A DNA stretch of 37,680 nucleotides, from NCBI GenBank assembly GCA_012511425.1, contig JAAZGC010000188.1:1-37680 (forward strand). Direction: 5' to 3'. The position numbers and the translations under genes were made by a program. The stretch comes from Clostridiales bacterium (GTDB taxonomy: Bacteria > Bacillota > Clostridia > Oscillospirales > CAG-272). Shown piece by piece: positions 1 through 9,279 of the stretch (the first letter of the stretch is position 1; each line of letters begins with the position of its first letter). The notes below the pieces were generated by a model. That model ran no database searches and was not told the DNA's origin. It saw only the letters and a list, made by a program, of their open reading frames with translations.

Positions 1-774
1 GAGCTTGTCAAGGGAATGTACCGCGACCTGAACGGAAACACCGAGTTTGACGAAGAAGACCAGTACGGTTTTGCCACATATGTAACCTACTCAAGCTCCG
101 ACGCCTTCGCCTTTGCGACGGATATCCGCATGACTGAGCGCGGAGATGACGGCACGATGACATTTACGATGGGCACCGAACGCCAGCTCAAAGCAGCCGA
201 CCTTATCAACGCCGTGTTCTGGAACGAGGGCAGCTATATCAGCAAGATAGATACCGACAAGGCGACGCCCATCTTCAAAAACGGCCAATCGCTGATGCTC
301 GGAAACTCAAGTATCGGCACATCGGAATCTTTCCGCGACATGGAAGACGATTTCGGCATGGTTCCGTATCCGAAGCTTGACGAAACACAGGAGAAATACC
401 GCTCTCTCGTTCACGACACCCAGAACTTCGGGGTAGTGCCGCTCTGCTGCGCACATCCGAATGAGACCGGCGCGGTTCTTGAGGCGATGAGCTCCGAGAC
501 CTGGAAGCTGCTGACACCGACTTATTACGAAACCGCTCTAAAGGTAAAGTATGTGCGTGACGAACTCTCGGCTCAGATAATTGATATTATTCATGAGTCT
601 ATCGCTACCGAATTCGCTTTCGTTTATTATGCCAGCCTTTCAAGCGCAGGTATGATTTACCGTACACTCGTGACGAATAATTCAAACGACTTTATGTCCG
701 AATGGGCGAAGATGCAGAAAAGCGCAGAAAAGTCACTCGAAAAGCTTAACGCGGCTTATCTTGAGAAAAACTGA
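1..774 (+). CDS. ABC-transporter extracellular solute-binding protein, C-terminal part (5' end lies outside the window)
   Basis: Frame 1 is open from base 1 (ELVKG precedes the listed Met at 16) to TGA at 772-774. The sequence (MVPYPKLDE...YYETALKVKYVRD) resembles the C-terminal lobe of family-1 carbohydrate-binding lipoproteins. A hairpin terminator follows. Confidence 0.55.
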   Translation, partial: ELVKGMYRDLNGNTEFDEEDQYGFATYVTYSSSDAFAFATDIRMTERGDDGTMTFTMGTERQLKAADLINAVFWNEGSYISKIDTDKATPIFKNGQSLMLGNSSIGTSESFRDMEDDFGMVPYPKLDETQEKYRSLVHDTQNFGVVPLCCAHPNETGAVLEAMSSETWKLLTPTYYETALKVKYVRDELSAQIIDIIHESIATEFAFVYYASLSSAGMIYRTLVTNNSNDFMSEWAKMQKSAEKSLEKLNAAYLEKN

Positions 775-787
775 ACCTTAATTTATT

Positions 788-820
788 AAAGCCTGCCCCG
801 AAAGTCAGCAGGCTTTTTTC
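788..820 (+). terminator. Intrinsic terminator of the solute-binding protein gene
   Basis: aaagcctgc (788-796) pairs with gcaggcttt (808-816) around an 11-nt loop, running into a T tract that ends at 819. Confidence 0.7.
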
Positions 821-890
821 TTATAACGGCAGGTATATGCAAAATTCATAAAACCTTTTCACAAACCATTTACGCAATTAATCATATAAG

Positions 891-919
891 TTGAAACGTT
901 CATATTATTATGGTAAAAT
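891..919 (+). promoter_or_regulatory. Sigma-A type promoter for the flavodoxin-like gene
   Basis: TTGAAA (891-896), 17-nt spacer ending in TGG (extended -10), TAAAAT (914-919), about 70 nt upstream of the ATG at 991. Confidence 0.5.
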
Positions 920-990
920 TTATAGTGTATCTTATATAAATACAATTAGGGCGCAAGCCGTCATCCCAAGGCCGTTACGGAGGGAATCCG

Positions 991-1461
991 ATGCCAACTG
1001 TTGAATACAGCAAAAAAACCGCAATTGTTTATTATTCCTGGTCGGGCACGACCGGCAGCTTTGCCAACAAGCTCGCTCACGACAGCGACGCCGATCTTTT
1101 TCGGGTAAAGGACCGCAAGCGCCCCGATTTATTCAGTGCGCTTATCAAAGGCTGCGCCGATGCCAGGAACCGGATGCCTATAGAAACCGAAGGCGCTCTT
1201 CCCGACCTCTGGTCCTACGAAAAAATTATATTCTGCTGTCCTGTATGGGCGGGATATCCGGCGCCGGCTTTCAACAACATGATCGCCGCTCTGCCGGCCG
1301 GAAAGGCTGTTGAGCTTTATTTTATCTCAGCTTCCGGCAGCAGCAGCAAGAGCGCGGAAGGAACCAAGGCGCTTATCGCCGGCAAAAACTGCGAAATCGC
1401 CGCATACCAGGATATTTTCTCGGCCGACGTCGACGTCAGGTACAAACTGAGGAAATTTTAA
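991..1461 (+). CDS. Flavodoxin-like protein (Flavodoxin_4-like, 156 aa)
   Basis: N-terminal KTAIVYYSWSGTTGSFA matches the flavodoxin phosphate-binding loop region. Size and alpha/beta pattern fit. RBS GGAGGG lies 6 nt upstream of the ATG. Confidence 0.7.
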   Translation: MPTVEYSKKTAIVYYSWSGTTGSFANKLAHDSDADLFRVKDRKRPDLFSALIKGCADARNRMPIETEGALPDLWSYEKIIFCCPVWAGYPAPAFNNMIAALPAGKAVELYFISASGSSSKSAEGTKALIAGKNCEIAAYQDIFSADVDVRYKLRKF

Positions 1462-1466
1462 GCTTT

Positions 1467-1574
1467 CGGGACAGGATGATATTTATCGCAATGCTGACAA
1501 AATTTTGCGCGGAGCTTCTTTTCCGCTTAACATTTGAATCGGCTGCATGATAAACATCCGCGTCCCGTTTTTTT
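1467..1574 (+). terminator. Long composite hairpin closed by cgggac/gtcccg and followed by T7 (terminator or attenuator)
   Basis: cgggac 1467-1472 pairs with gtcccg 1562-1567. ggatg 1474-1478 pairs with catcc 1555-1559. tatc/gata and atgc/gcat form inner pairs, and there is an inner hairpin gcgga(1509-1513)/tccgc(1522-1526). T7 lies at 1568-1574. Confidence 0.4.
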
Positions 1575-1608
1575 AGGTCAATATTATACCAAACAAGGAG
1601 ATTATTAT

Positions 1609-4257
1609 ATGCATACTCTGAAACTTACCGACCGTGTATATTGGTGCGGAGTTCTCGACCCCGACCTGCGCACTTTTGACATAATAATGCACACCGAGTT
1701 CGGTACCACCTACAATTCATATCTTGTAAAGGGGGACAACGCAACCGCCCTCATAGATGCCTCGAAAGCCTGTTTTTCCGACGAATGGCTCGATAAGGTA
1801 AACGAGCTTATCGGCGTAACCAAAATCGATTACCTTATAGTAAATCACACCGAACCGGACCACAGCGGCGCCGTTGAAAAATTCTGCGAGCTGAATCCGG
1901 ATGTCAAGATTATCGCAACGACGGCGGCGATCGGATTTTTGGGGCAGATAGCAAACCGTCCGCTCAACACCCTTCCGGCAAAGGAAGGACAGACGCTCGA
2001 TCTCGGCGGCGTAACTCTGAAATTCATGATATTCCCCAACCTTCACTGGCCGGACACGATGTTTACCTATGCCGTCGAAGAAAAGCTGCTCTTTTCCTGC
2101 GACTGCTTCGGCTCGCACTACAGCTTCGACGAAGTGCTTGTCAGCCGCGTGACCGACTGCGAAGGATACAAGCGGGCAACAAAATATTACTTCGACAATA
2201 TCCTGGGACCGTTTATCCGCCCGTATCTCGCAAATGCCGTTAAAAAGGTCAGGGATATGGATATCTCGATGATCTGTCCCGGTCACGGACCGGTGCTTGA
2301 CGAGGGCAAGGACGGTATTCTTGCTTGGTATGACGAATGGATGGCAGAGGCGCCCAAATCCGACAAAAAGCAAGCCGTCATCACCTATGTTACCGCTTAC
2401 GGGTATACAAGGCAGCTCGCCGAGCGTATCGGCGCCGGAATAAAGGACGCCGGAGCCGATGTCGAAACCTTTGACCTCACCGGCCATCCCGAACTGATGG
2501 ATAAGGCTTCCGCCGCTATCGCCGCATCCGACGGATTCCTGCTCGGTACTCCCACAATAGTCGGCGAGGCGCTGAAGCCGATCTGGGATATCGCAACTTC
2601 GATGTTTAGCGCTACCCACAAGGGAAAAATTGCGGCAGCATTCGGTTCTTACGGCTGGACCGGCGAAGCGGTACCCAATATTACCGAACGGCTGAAGCAG
2701 CTCCGCCTTAAAGTGCGCGACGGCTTCCGCATCCGCTTCAAGCCGACCGAAAACGACCTGCTTGACGCTTATGATTACGGCTATGATTTCGGCTGCGCCC
2801 TTTACAACAAGGAAAACGACCGCAAAGCCAAAGGCCCCCGCAAGCTCGTCAAATGCCTTGTCTGCGGCGATGTATTTGATTCCTCGCTGACTGTCTGCCC
2901 CGTCTGCGGCGCCGACAAGTCAAATTTCATCGAAGTCGATGACACAGTTACCGGATTTGCATCCGACAAGGAACAGATAATCACGATAATCGGCGGCGGA
3001 GAAGCGGCTTTTGCCGCTGCAAAGTCGGTTCGCGCCCGCTCAAAGAAAGCCCGGATCATAATGCTCAGCCGGGAAAAATATCTGCCTTATTTCCGCCCGA
3101 TGCTGACAAAAACGCTTCTGGCCAGCTTTTCCGCCGATCAGCTCGGAATCGAGCCGGAACAGTGGTACAAAGAGAACGACATAATCCCGCTGCTCGGGAA
3201 GACGGTCAAGGCGATCAACACCGAAGAGAAGACAATAGAGCTTGACGACGGAGCACGCTTCGGCTACGACAAGCTTATCTATGCTCTCGGAGCCGAGAAT
3301 TTCATCCCGCCGATCGCCGGACTTTACAAAGACGGCGCTATTCTTGACAATGTCATCTCGATCCGAACCATCGATGACGCGGCAAAGGTTCGCTCCGCGA
3401 TCGAGAACGGTGCTAAAAAGGCAGTAGTCATCGGCGGAGGAGTGCTTGGACTCGAGGCTGCATGGCAGCTTAAAAAGGCTAAGCTCGACGTTACCGTCCT
3501 CGAGGCGATGCCTCGTCTAATGCCGAAGCAGCTTGACGAAGGCGCGTCCGGAATACTTCAAAAGGTCATTGAATCGAAAGAAGTAAAAATAGTGACCGGT
3601 GCAAAGATATTCGCTGCGATTTCGGATATATTGGCTGATGCAAAGGAATACGGTGCTATGCTCGTCAACAGCATCTTCAACACGAAGGTGTTTGACACCG
3701 ACAAGTCATCTGACGGCAAGAAGATTCTGGGAGTTCTGCTCGAAGACGGAAGGATATTCCCCTGCGACCTGCTTATCATATCTACCGGCGTGCGCGCTTT
3801 GACGGCAATTGCAAAAGAAGCCGGCATCGCCTGCGGATGCGGAGTAACCGTTGACGAATTCATGAAAACCTCTGCTCCCGATGTGTTCGCTGCCGGCGAC
3901 TGTGCGGAATTCAACGGCGTTAACTACGCTCTCTGGAGCCAGGCCGCTTCACAGGGTGAAGTCGCCGGTGCAAACGCTGTCGGAGATGAACTTAAATATG
4001 AAGCCGCCGGCGGACCGGTCAGCTTCAGCGGGTTTGATACCTCTCTCTTTGCCATCGGCGACAACGGCTTTGATGAGAAGAAGAGCTACCGCACCCTCGA
4101 AAGCCGTGACAGCGCCAGGGGCATTTACGAAAAGTATTACTTTGTCGGAGGGCATCTTGTCGGCGCAATCACTGTCGGCGTTGACAAAGTCGTTCCGATC
4201 ACAAAAGTGGTTCAGGCCGGCGCTTCGATTGCCGAAACCGCCGCTTTAATCGGCTGA
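1609..4257 (+). CDS. Multidomain flavodiiron protein: metallo-beta-lactamase-like diiron domain + flavodoxin-like domain + short-spaced rubredoxin-like Cys4 module + NAD(P)H:rubredoxin oxidoreductase-like flavoprotein (class F type FDP)
   Basis: Start chosen at ATG 1609, with AAGGAG at 1595-1600 (8-nt spacing); the listed TTG at 1534 has no RBS. HTEPDH diiron motif at 1846-1863. CLVC at 2854-2865 and CPVC at 2896-2907. Dinucleotide folds IIGGGEAAFAAA (about 2977-3024) and VIGGGVLGLEAA (3421-3462). AAGDCAE at 3889-3909. Confidence 0.9.
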   Translation: MHTLKLTDRVYWCGVLDPDLRTFDIIMHTEFGTTYNSYLVKGDNATALIDASKACFSDEWLDKVNELIGVTKIDYLIVNHTEPDHSGAVEKFCELNPDVKIIATTAAIGFLGQIANRPLNTLPAKEGQTLDLGGVTLKFMIFPNLHWPDTMFTYAVEEKLLFSCDCFGSHYSFDEVLVSRVTDCEGYKRATKYYFDNILGPFIRPYLANAVKKVRDMDISMICPGHGPVLDEGKDGILAWYDEWMAEAPKSDKKQAVITYVTAYGYTRQLAERIGAGIKDAGADVETFDLTGHPELMDKASAAIAASDGFLLGTPTIVGEALKPIWDIATSMFSATHKGKIAAAFGSYGWTGEAVPNITERLKQLRLKVRDGFRIRFKPTENDLLDAYDYGYDFGCALYNKENDRKAKGPRKLVKCLVCGDVFDSSLTVCPVCGADKSNFIEVDDTVTGFASDKEQIITIIGGGEAAFAAAKSVRARSKKARIIMLSREKYLPYFRPMLTKTLLASFSADQLGIEPEQWYKENDIIPLLGKTVKAINTEEKTIELDDGARFGYDKLIYALGAENFIPPIAGLYKDGAILDNVISIRTIDDAAKVRSAIENGAKKAVVIGGGVLGLEAAWQLKKAKLDVTVLEAMPRLMPKQLDEGASGILQKVIESKEVKIVTGAKIFAAISDILADAKEYGAMLVNSIFNTKVFDTDKSSDGKKILGVLLEDGRIFPCDLLIISTGVRALTAIAKEAGIACGCGVTVDEFMKTSAPDVFAAGDCAEFNGVNYALWSQAASQGEVAGANAVGDELKYEAAGGPVSFSGFDTSLFAIGDNGFDEKKSYRTLESRDSARGIYEKYYFVGGHLVGAITVGVDKVVPITKVVQAGASIAETAALIG

Positions 4258-4284
4258 AAAAAAGTATATCCGCAATAATGAATT

Positions 4285-4316
4285 AACGCCGCCCATTAAA
4301 TCAGGGCGGCGTTTTT
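4285..4316. terminator. Bidirectional terminator shared by the convergent FDP and COG2426 genes
   Basis: aacgccgccc (4285-4294) pairs with gggcggcgtt (4304-4313), followed by T5 on the plus strand. The hairpin sits immediately after the stop of the minus-strand gene as well. Confidence 0.7.
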
Positions 4317-4783
4317 CATGATATCAGAGCGGCAAAGCCATAGGTAATTCCCGTAACTATAATACCTGCCAAGATGACGCCGATTAATATACAGAATACA
4401 GCATAACGAAGTTTCATATTCAGAAGTAAAGCTGTCATGGCTCCCGTCCATGCCCCTGTTCCGGGCAGAGGGATAGCGATAAGTATAATCAAACCGGCAG
4501 CTTCGATATTTCCGACGAGTTTGCTTTTTTTAAGCGTATGGTTCTCGATTCTTTCGGCGATTCCTTTGAGTTTTTTGGTGGATTTCATCCATTTGATAAC
4601 GCGCTTCATAAAAATAAGTATGAATGGTACCGGCAGCATATTCCCGAGAACGCTGAGAATGAAGGAGAGATGCCAATCAAGTCCTAAAGCGGCTCCGACG
4701 GGAATAGCTCCTCTCAGTTCGACAAAGGGGAGCGCCGAAATAAAGAAAACCCAAAGAATATTCTTAAATAAAGTGACAGTCAA
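4316..4783 (-). CDS. Small multi-TM membrane protein, COG2426 / small multidrug export-like family (155 aa)
   Basis: Four predicted hydrophobic helices. The motif ALPFVELRGAIPVGAALGL is typical of the family. It has a TTG start with no clear RBS, so start confidence is low. It lies 81 nt downstream of ribU on the same strand. Confidence 0.6.
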   Translation of the reverse strand: MTVTLFKNILWVFFISALPFVELRGAIPVGAALGLDWHLSFILSVLGNMLPVPFILIFMKRVIKWMKSTKKLKGIAERIENHTLKKSKLVGNIEAAGLIILIAIPLPGTGAWTGAMTALLLNMKLRYAVFCILIGVILAGIIVTGITYGFAALIS

Positions 4784-4864
4784 GGATGAATACCAAAATT
4801 GTGGCGCCTCGCCGACGTTTACAGTCAGACGCGGGATTGTTTTTCTGCGAAGAATAATCCGCAG

Positions 4865-5512
4865 TTATCGTTTGTTTTGATTGCCTGCTTTCCCTTTCAG
4901 CAGCGGAGAAATCCGCTTATAGATCAGAAAAGTGACCAGTGCGTCCGCAATTCCCTTTCCGAAGGTAAACGGAACATTGAAGCAGATAAGGCTCTGGAAG
5001 ATGCTTTTCATACCCGGAAGTATAGACTGATATGCGGCAAGAATTGTTTGTTCCGGCATGAAATTATAATAAAAAGGATATACAATGAAATAATTCAGCG
5101 GCAGAGCGGCGCCGGCCATCAGCAAGGCGCCGATAAGCGAAGCCGCGGCGGCTCCGCTCTTGGTTTTTCTGAATTTGTAAATCAGGCCCGCCGTGCCGAC
5201 AAAAACCGAACCCAGGAGAAAGTTAGAAAGTTCGCCGACAAAGGAAGTTGTCGAAATCGCCGAGTGGATAAGGTTTTTTATAAATTGAATCAATATGCCG
5301 CTCAAGGGGCCGAGGGAAAATGCGCCTATAAGAGCCGGAAGGTCGGAAAAGTCGAATTTTATGAAGGAAGGAATCAGCATCGGGAGCGGGATTTCGATCA
5401 GCTGCAGGGCAAAAGCGGCAGCAGACAGAATGCCGGTCACTGCGATGTAGCGGATGTGATTTTTATTTTTGCCGGGAATAGGATTCTCCGCGGCGTGAGC
5501 ATTATTATTCAT
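4865..5512 (-). CDS. ribU: Riboflavin ECF-transporter S component
   Basis: IKFDFSDLPALIGAFSLGPLSGILIQFIKNLI closely parallels B. subtilis RibU/YpaA (LKIDFSDVPAII...GP..G...IKN). It is a multi-TM protein, sits directly downstream of an FMN riboswitch, and has RBS GAGAGG. Confidence 0.85.
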   Translation of the reverse strand: MNNNAHAAENPIPGKNKNHIRYIAVTGILSAAAFALQLIEIPLPMLIPSFIKFDFSDLPALIGAFSLGPLSGILIQFIKNLIHSAISTTSFVGELSNFLLGSVFVGTAGLIYKFRKTKSGAAAASLIGALLMAGAALPLNYFIVYPFYYNFMPEQTILAAYQSILPGMKSIFQSLICFNVPFTFGKGIADALVTFLIYKRISPLLKGKAGNQNKR

Positions 5513-5570
5513 TTGAACCTCTCAAAATCATAGCTGTTATGACTAATTTGAGAGATCAACGTTTTTTTGC

Positions 5571-5604
5571 AAAAAAGCGTCCCTTCGGTTCTGACTGAAG
5601 GGAC
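5571..5604 (-). terminator. Intrinsic terminator forming the expression platform of the FMN riboswitch
   Basis: On the minus strand: gtcccttc (5604-5597), loop agtcagaacc, gaagggac (5586-5579), then gcTTTTTT (to 5571). It lies between the aptamer and the ribU RBS. Confidence 0.75.
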
Positions 5605-5641
5605 AGCGTTATTGTATAGCGATCAGCTATATATCGTCGAT

Positions 5642-5822
5642 CTTTTTCATCCGGACTTTGATTTGCTCCAGTCAAACGGAAACAAATCTTCCTATCGGAA
5701 ACCGTCGGTCAGGGAATTTCACCCTGTCGGCCGATTAAAACCGTAAGCTCAATTCGGTTGAGTTAATGGTTTATTCAGCTAACGGACTATACCGCCGGTG
5801 TGGAATCACACCACCCTCAAAG
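5642..5822 (-). promoter_or_regulatory. FMN riboswitch (RFN element) aptamer
   Basis: The minus strand reads ...gagggtggtgtgattccacACCGGCGGTAtagtccg...ggccgacagGGTGAAATTCCctgACCGACGGT...caAAGTCCGGATGaaaaag. These are signature RFN strings in the right order. P1 is cttt/aaag. It lies upstream of ribU. Confidence 0.87.
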
Positions 5823-5827
5823 TCGAG

Positions 5828-5853
5828 CCGGCGGAGCTGTAAAGCCCCGCCGG
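5828..5853 (-). terminator. Hairpin downstream of tuf (possible weak terminator)
   Basis: ccggcgg/ccgccgg form a 7-bp GC stem with a 12-nt loop, about 30 nt after the tuf stop. There is no U tract on the minus strand, so function is uncertain. Confidence 0.3.
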
Positions 5854-5883
5854 GCATACGATTTTTTAGTTTTGGATATCGAA

Positions 5884-7089
5884 TTATTCAATAATCTCGG
5901 TAACAAGACCGGAACCGATAGTGCGGCCGCCTTCGCGGATAGCGAAGCGAAGCTGGGGCTCCATTGCGATCGCAGAGATCAGCTGAACGGTGATGTCAAC
6001 GTTGTCGCCGGGTCTTGCCATTTCAACTCCTTCGGGGAGAGAGATGGTTCCGGTAACGTCGGTGGTTCTGAAATAGAACTGCGGACGATAGCCTTCGAAG
6101 AAGGGCTTCGAACGGCCGCCTTCTTTTTCGGTAAGAACGTAAACGTGACCTACGAATTTGGTGTGCGGCTTGATCGTGCCGGGCTTGCAGAGAACCTGAC
6201 CGCGCTCGATATCGGTCTTCGCTACGCCGCGGAGAAGGATTCCGACGTTGTCGCCTGCTTCGGCGTAGTCAAGAATCTTGCGGAACATTTCAACGCCGGT
6301 AACAACGGAAGATCTGGTTTCGGGGTTGATTCCGACGATCTCGACCGGGTCGCTGACCTTAACGGTACCGCGCTCAACTCTGCCGGTTGCGACGGTGCCG
6401 CGACCGGAGATGGAGAATACGTCTTCAACAGGCATAAGGAAAGGCATATCGGTCTTGCGGGCAGGGGTCGGGATGTAGCTGTCTACTTCTGCCATGAGCT
6501 CACGGATGGAAGCATAAACGGGTGCTTTCGGATCTGTCTCGGTGGAGAGCAGAGCTTCACGGGCGGAGCCGCGGACTATCGGAGCGTTATCGCCGTCATA
6601 GTCATAAGCGGAAAGGAGATCGCGGACTTCCATCTCAACGAGGTCGATAAGCTCTTCGTCGTCAACAAGGTCAACCTTGTTAAGGAAAACAACGATAGCC
6701 GGAACGTTAACCTGACGGGCGAGCAGAACGTGCTCGCGGGTCTGCTGCAGCGCACCGTCGGAAGCGGCGACAACGCGGATAGCGCCGTCCATCTGAGCTG
6801 CGCCGGTGATCATGTTCTTGATGTAGTCGGCGTGGCCGGGGCAGTCAACGTGAGCGTAGTGACGGTTCTCGGTCTCATACTCGACGTGGGTGGTGTTGAT
6901 TGTGATTCCGCGGGCCTTCTCTTCGGGAGCCTTGTCGATCTGGTCATAGCGAAGAGCCGTAACTTCACCGTCACCCATAGAGAGTACTTTGGTTATAGCA
7001 GCGGTAAGGGTGGTTTTACCATGGTCGACGTGACCGATGGTACCAATGTTAACGTGAGGCCTGGTGCGTTCAAAATGTTGCTTTGCCAT
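5884..7089 (-). CDS. tuf: Elongation factor Tu
   Basis: [40 protein letters not shown] and NKVD GTPase motifs, with full-length collinearity to EF-Tu. Confidence 0.98.
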   Translation of the reverse strand: MAKQHFERTRPHVNIGTIGHVDHGKTTLTAAITKVLSMGDGEVTALRYDQIDKAPEEKARGITINTTHVEYETENRHYAHVDCPGHADYIKNMITGAAQMDGAIRVVAASDGALQQTREHVLLARQVNVPAIVVFLNKVDLVDDEELIDLVEMEVRDLLSAYDYDGDNAPIVRGSAREALLSTETDPKAPVYASIRELMAEVDSYIPTPARKTDMPFLMPVEDVFSISGRGTVATGRVERGTVKVSDPVEIVGINPETRSSVVTGVEMFRKILDYAEAGDNVGILLRGVAKTDIERGQVLCKPGTIKPHTKFVGHVYVLTEKEGGRSKPFFEGYRPQFYFRTTDVTGTISLPEGVEMARPGDNVDITVQLISAIAMEPQLRFAIREGGRTIGSGLVTEIIE

Positions 7090-7162
7090 GGTTAAATTCC
7101 TCCGGTAATTTATTTCTTTTCAGTTGGTAATTAAGTTGCTTTTTTATATATCAGGACAGCGC

Positions 7163-9232
7163 TTATCTGCGCTCGCCCATAATACTTTCCATAACGGACT
7201 TGGGAACCTCCTGGAAGGTGGAGGGCTCCATTGAGTAGACGCCGCGTCCCTGTGTGCGGGAACGGAGCTCTGTTGCGTATCCGAACATCTCGGAAAGCGG
7301 AACATGGCAGGTTATCTGCTGTCCGCCGGAGATGGCTTCCATCGTATCGATGCGGCCGCGGCGGGAGTTGAGATCGCCGATTACCTCGCCCATATAGTCG
7401 TCGGGAGTAATCACGACAACTTTCATAATAGGCTCGATAAGAACGGGATCGGCTTTCTGCATAGATTCCTTGAACGCCATTGAGCCGGCGATCTTGAATG
7501 CGTTTTCGGATGAGTCGACTTCGTGGTAGGAGCCGCCGGTAAGAGTTACCTTAACGTCGACTACGTTGTAGCCGGCGATGACTCCGGACAGCATTGCGCC
7601 GCGGACACCCTCATCAACGGACGGGATGAATTCCTTCGGAATATCGCCACCGACGACTTTATCGACAAACTCATAACCCTTATCGGGGTTCGGTTCGATA
7701 GTGATGATCGCATGGCCGTACTGACCTTTGCCGCCGGACTGACGCACATATTTTGAATTGGATTCTGCGGAGCGGCGGATGGTCTCTCTGTAAGAAACCT
7801 GAGGCTTGCCGACGTTGGCTTCGACTTTGAATTCGCGGAGCAGACGCTCGACGATAATCTGGAGATGAAGCTCACCCATACCGGCGATTATCGTCTGTCC
7901 GGTTTCCTGATCGGTATAAGCCTTGAAAGTCGGATCCTCTTCGGCTAGTTTGCCGAGAGCGATATCCATCTTTTCCTGGCCGGCTTTGGTTTTCGGCTCA
8001 ATAGCGACGCGAATGACCGGTTCCGGGAATACCATCGATTCAAGAACTATCGGCGACTTTTCGTCGCAGAAGGTATCTCCGGTCGTGGTATTCTTTGTGG
8101 AGACAAGGGCCGCGATATCGCCCGCATAGACGGTTTCGACATCGGTACGCTCGTTGGAATGCATGAGCAGTATCCGTCCGACGCGCTCGTTCTTGTTTTT
8201 GGATGAGTTGAATATCGTTGTGCCGACCGAGACCGAACCGGAATAGACTCTGAAGAAACAGAGGCGTCCGACATAGGGGTCGGTCATTATTTTAAACGCA
8301 AGGGCTGAGAAGGGCTGATCGTCGCCCGACATCCGGGTCATTTCTGCACCGGTATCGGGGTCGGTTCCGATTATCGCAGGGATGTCGACGGGAGACGGCA
8401 TATAGTCGATTATCGCGTCGAGCAGCTTCTGGACGCCCTTGTTGCGGTAGGATGTACCGCAGACGACCGGGACTATCTTAGAAGCTATCGTTTCCTTGCG
8501 GATCGCGGCTTTGAGCTCTTCTATGGTGGGTTCTTCGCCTGCGCAGTATTTCTCGAAAAGCGCATCATCGTTTTCCGAGACGGCTTCGATCAGACTGGCG
8601 CGGTAGCGTTTTGCTTCCTCAAGCATATCCGCAGGGATGGACTCAACCTTCATATCCTTGCCCAAATCATCATAATAGATGATGGCATTCATCTGAATGA
8701 GGTCGATTATTCCCCTGAAATTTTCCTCTTTTCCGATGGGAAGCTGGATCGGTACCGGATTTGTCTTTAGACGTTCGCGCATCATATCGACAACGCGATT
8801 GAAGTTGGCTCCCATGATGTCCATTTTGTTGACATAAGCCATGCGGGGAACCTTGAACTGGTCAGCCTGGCGCCATACGGTTTCGGACTGGGGTTCGACT
8901 CCGCCTTTTGCGCAGAGTACGCAGACGGCTCCGTCAAGGACTCGCAGAGAGCGCTCGACCTCAACGGTGAAGTCAACGTGTCCGGGGGTGTCGATGATGT
9001 TGATCCGGTGTTCTTTCCAGTAGCAGGTGGTAGCTGCGGAAGTTATTGTTATACCGCGTTCCTGCTCCTCTTCCATCCAGTCCATGGTGGCTGCGCCGTC
9101 ATGAACCTCGCCCATTTTATGAACTTGTCCGGTGTAGAACAGGATACGTTCGGTAGTAGTGGTTTTTCCGGCATCGATATGTGCCATAATACCGATGTTG
9201 CGGTACGTTTTCAGCGGATATTCTCTTGGCAT
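7163..9232 (-). CDS. fusA: Elongation factor G
   Basis: [32 protein letters not shown] and NKMD motifs. 689 aa. Positioned between rpsG and tuf. Confidence 0.98.
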   Translation of the reverse strand: MPREYPLKTYRNIGIMAHIDAGKTTTTERILFYTGQVHKMGEVHDGAATMDWMEEEQERGITITSAATTCYWKEHRINIIDTPGHVDFTVEVERSLRVLDGAVCVLCAKGGVEPQSETVWRQADQFKVPRMAYVNKMDIMGANFNRVVDMMRERLKTNPVPIQLPIGKEENFRGIIDLIQMNAIIYYDDLGKDMKVESIPADMLEEAKRYRASLIEAVSENDDALFEKYCAGEEPTIEELKAAIRKETIASKIVPVVCGTSYRNKGVQKLLDAIIDYMPSPVDIPAIIGTDPDTGAEMTRMSGDDQPFSALAFKIMTDPYVGRLCFFRVYSGSVSVGTTIFNSSKNKNERVGRILLMHSNERTDVETVYAGDIAALVSTKNTTTGDTFCDEKSPIVLESMVFPEPVIRVAIEPKTKAGQEKMDIALGKLAEEDPTFKAYTDQETGQTIIAGMGELHLQIIVERLLREFKVEANVGKPQVSYRETIRRSAESNSKYVRQSGGKGQYGHAIITIEPNPDKGYEFVDKVVGGDIPKEFIPSVDEGVRGAMLSGVIAGYNVVDVKVTLTGGSYHEVDSSENAFKIAGSMAFKESMQKADPVLIEPIMKVVVITPDDYMGEVIGDLNSRRGRIDTMEAISGGQQITCHVPLSEMFGYATELRSRTQGRGVYSMEPSTFQEVPKSVMESIMGERR

Positions 9233-9279
9233 CTGTTTTTCTTTCTGTTGTGCTTTTAAATTTCAGAAATTGAGAAAAC

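Noticed and set aside
835-925. Possible Rex- or PerR-type operator near the flavodoxin-like gene promoter (TTCACAA half-site at about 858-864; AT-rich pseudo-palindrome around 900-915)
   Set aside because: There is only a single half-site with wrong spacing for Rex, and a poor position-by-position match to a Fur/PerR box. That is not enough to call.
1534-1608. 25-codon N-terminal extension of the FDP ORF from TTG 1534
   Set aside because: It has no RBS and overlaps the hairpin/U7 element. ATG 1609 has AAGGAG at ideal spacing and gives the normal FDP N-terminus (MHTLKLTDRVYW).
1717-2619. 300-aa minus-strand ORF inside the flavodiiron gene
   Set aside because: Antisense to the diiron and flavodoxin domains, which carry clear motifs. 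A shadow ORF.
5800-7095. 431-aa plus-strand ORF covering the whole tuf locus
   Set aside because: It is exactly antisense to an unmistakable EF-Tu gene. Its product is low-complexity (G/A/V/D-rich) and it has no RBS. This is a typical shadow ORF of a highly codon-biased gene.
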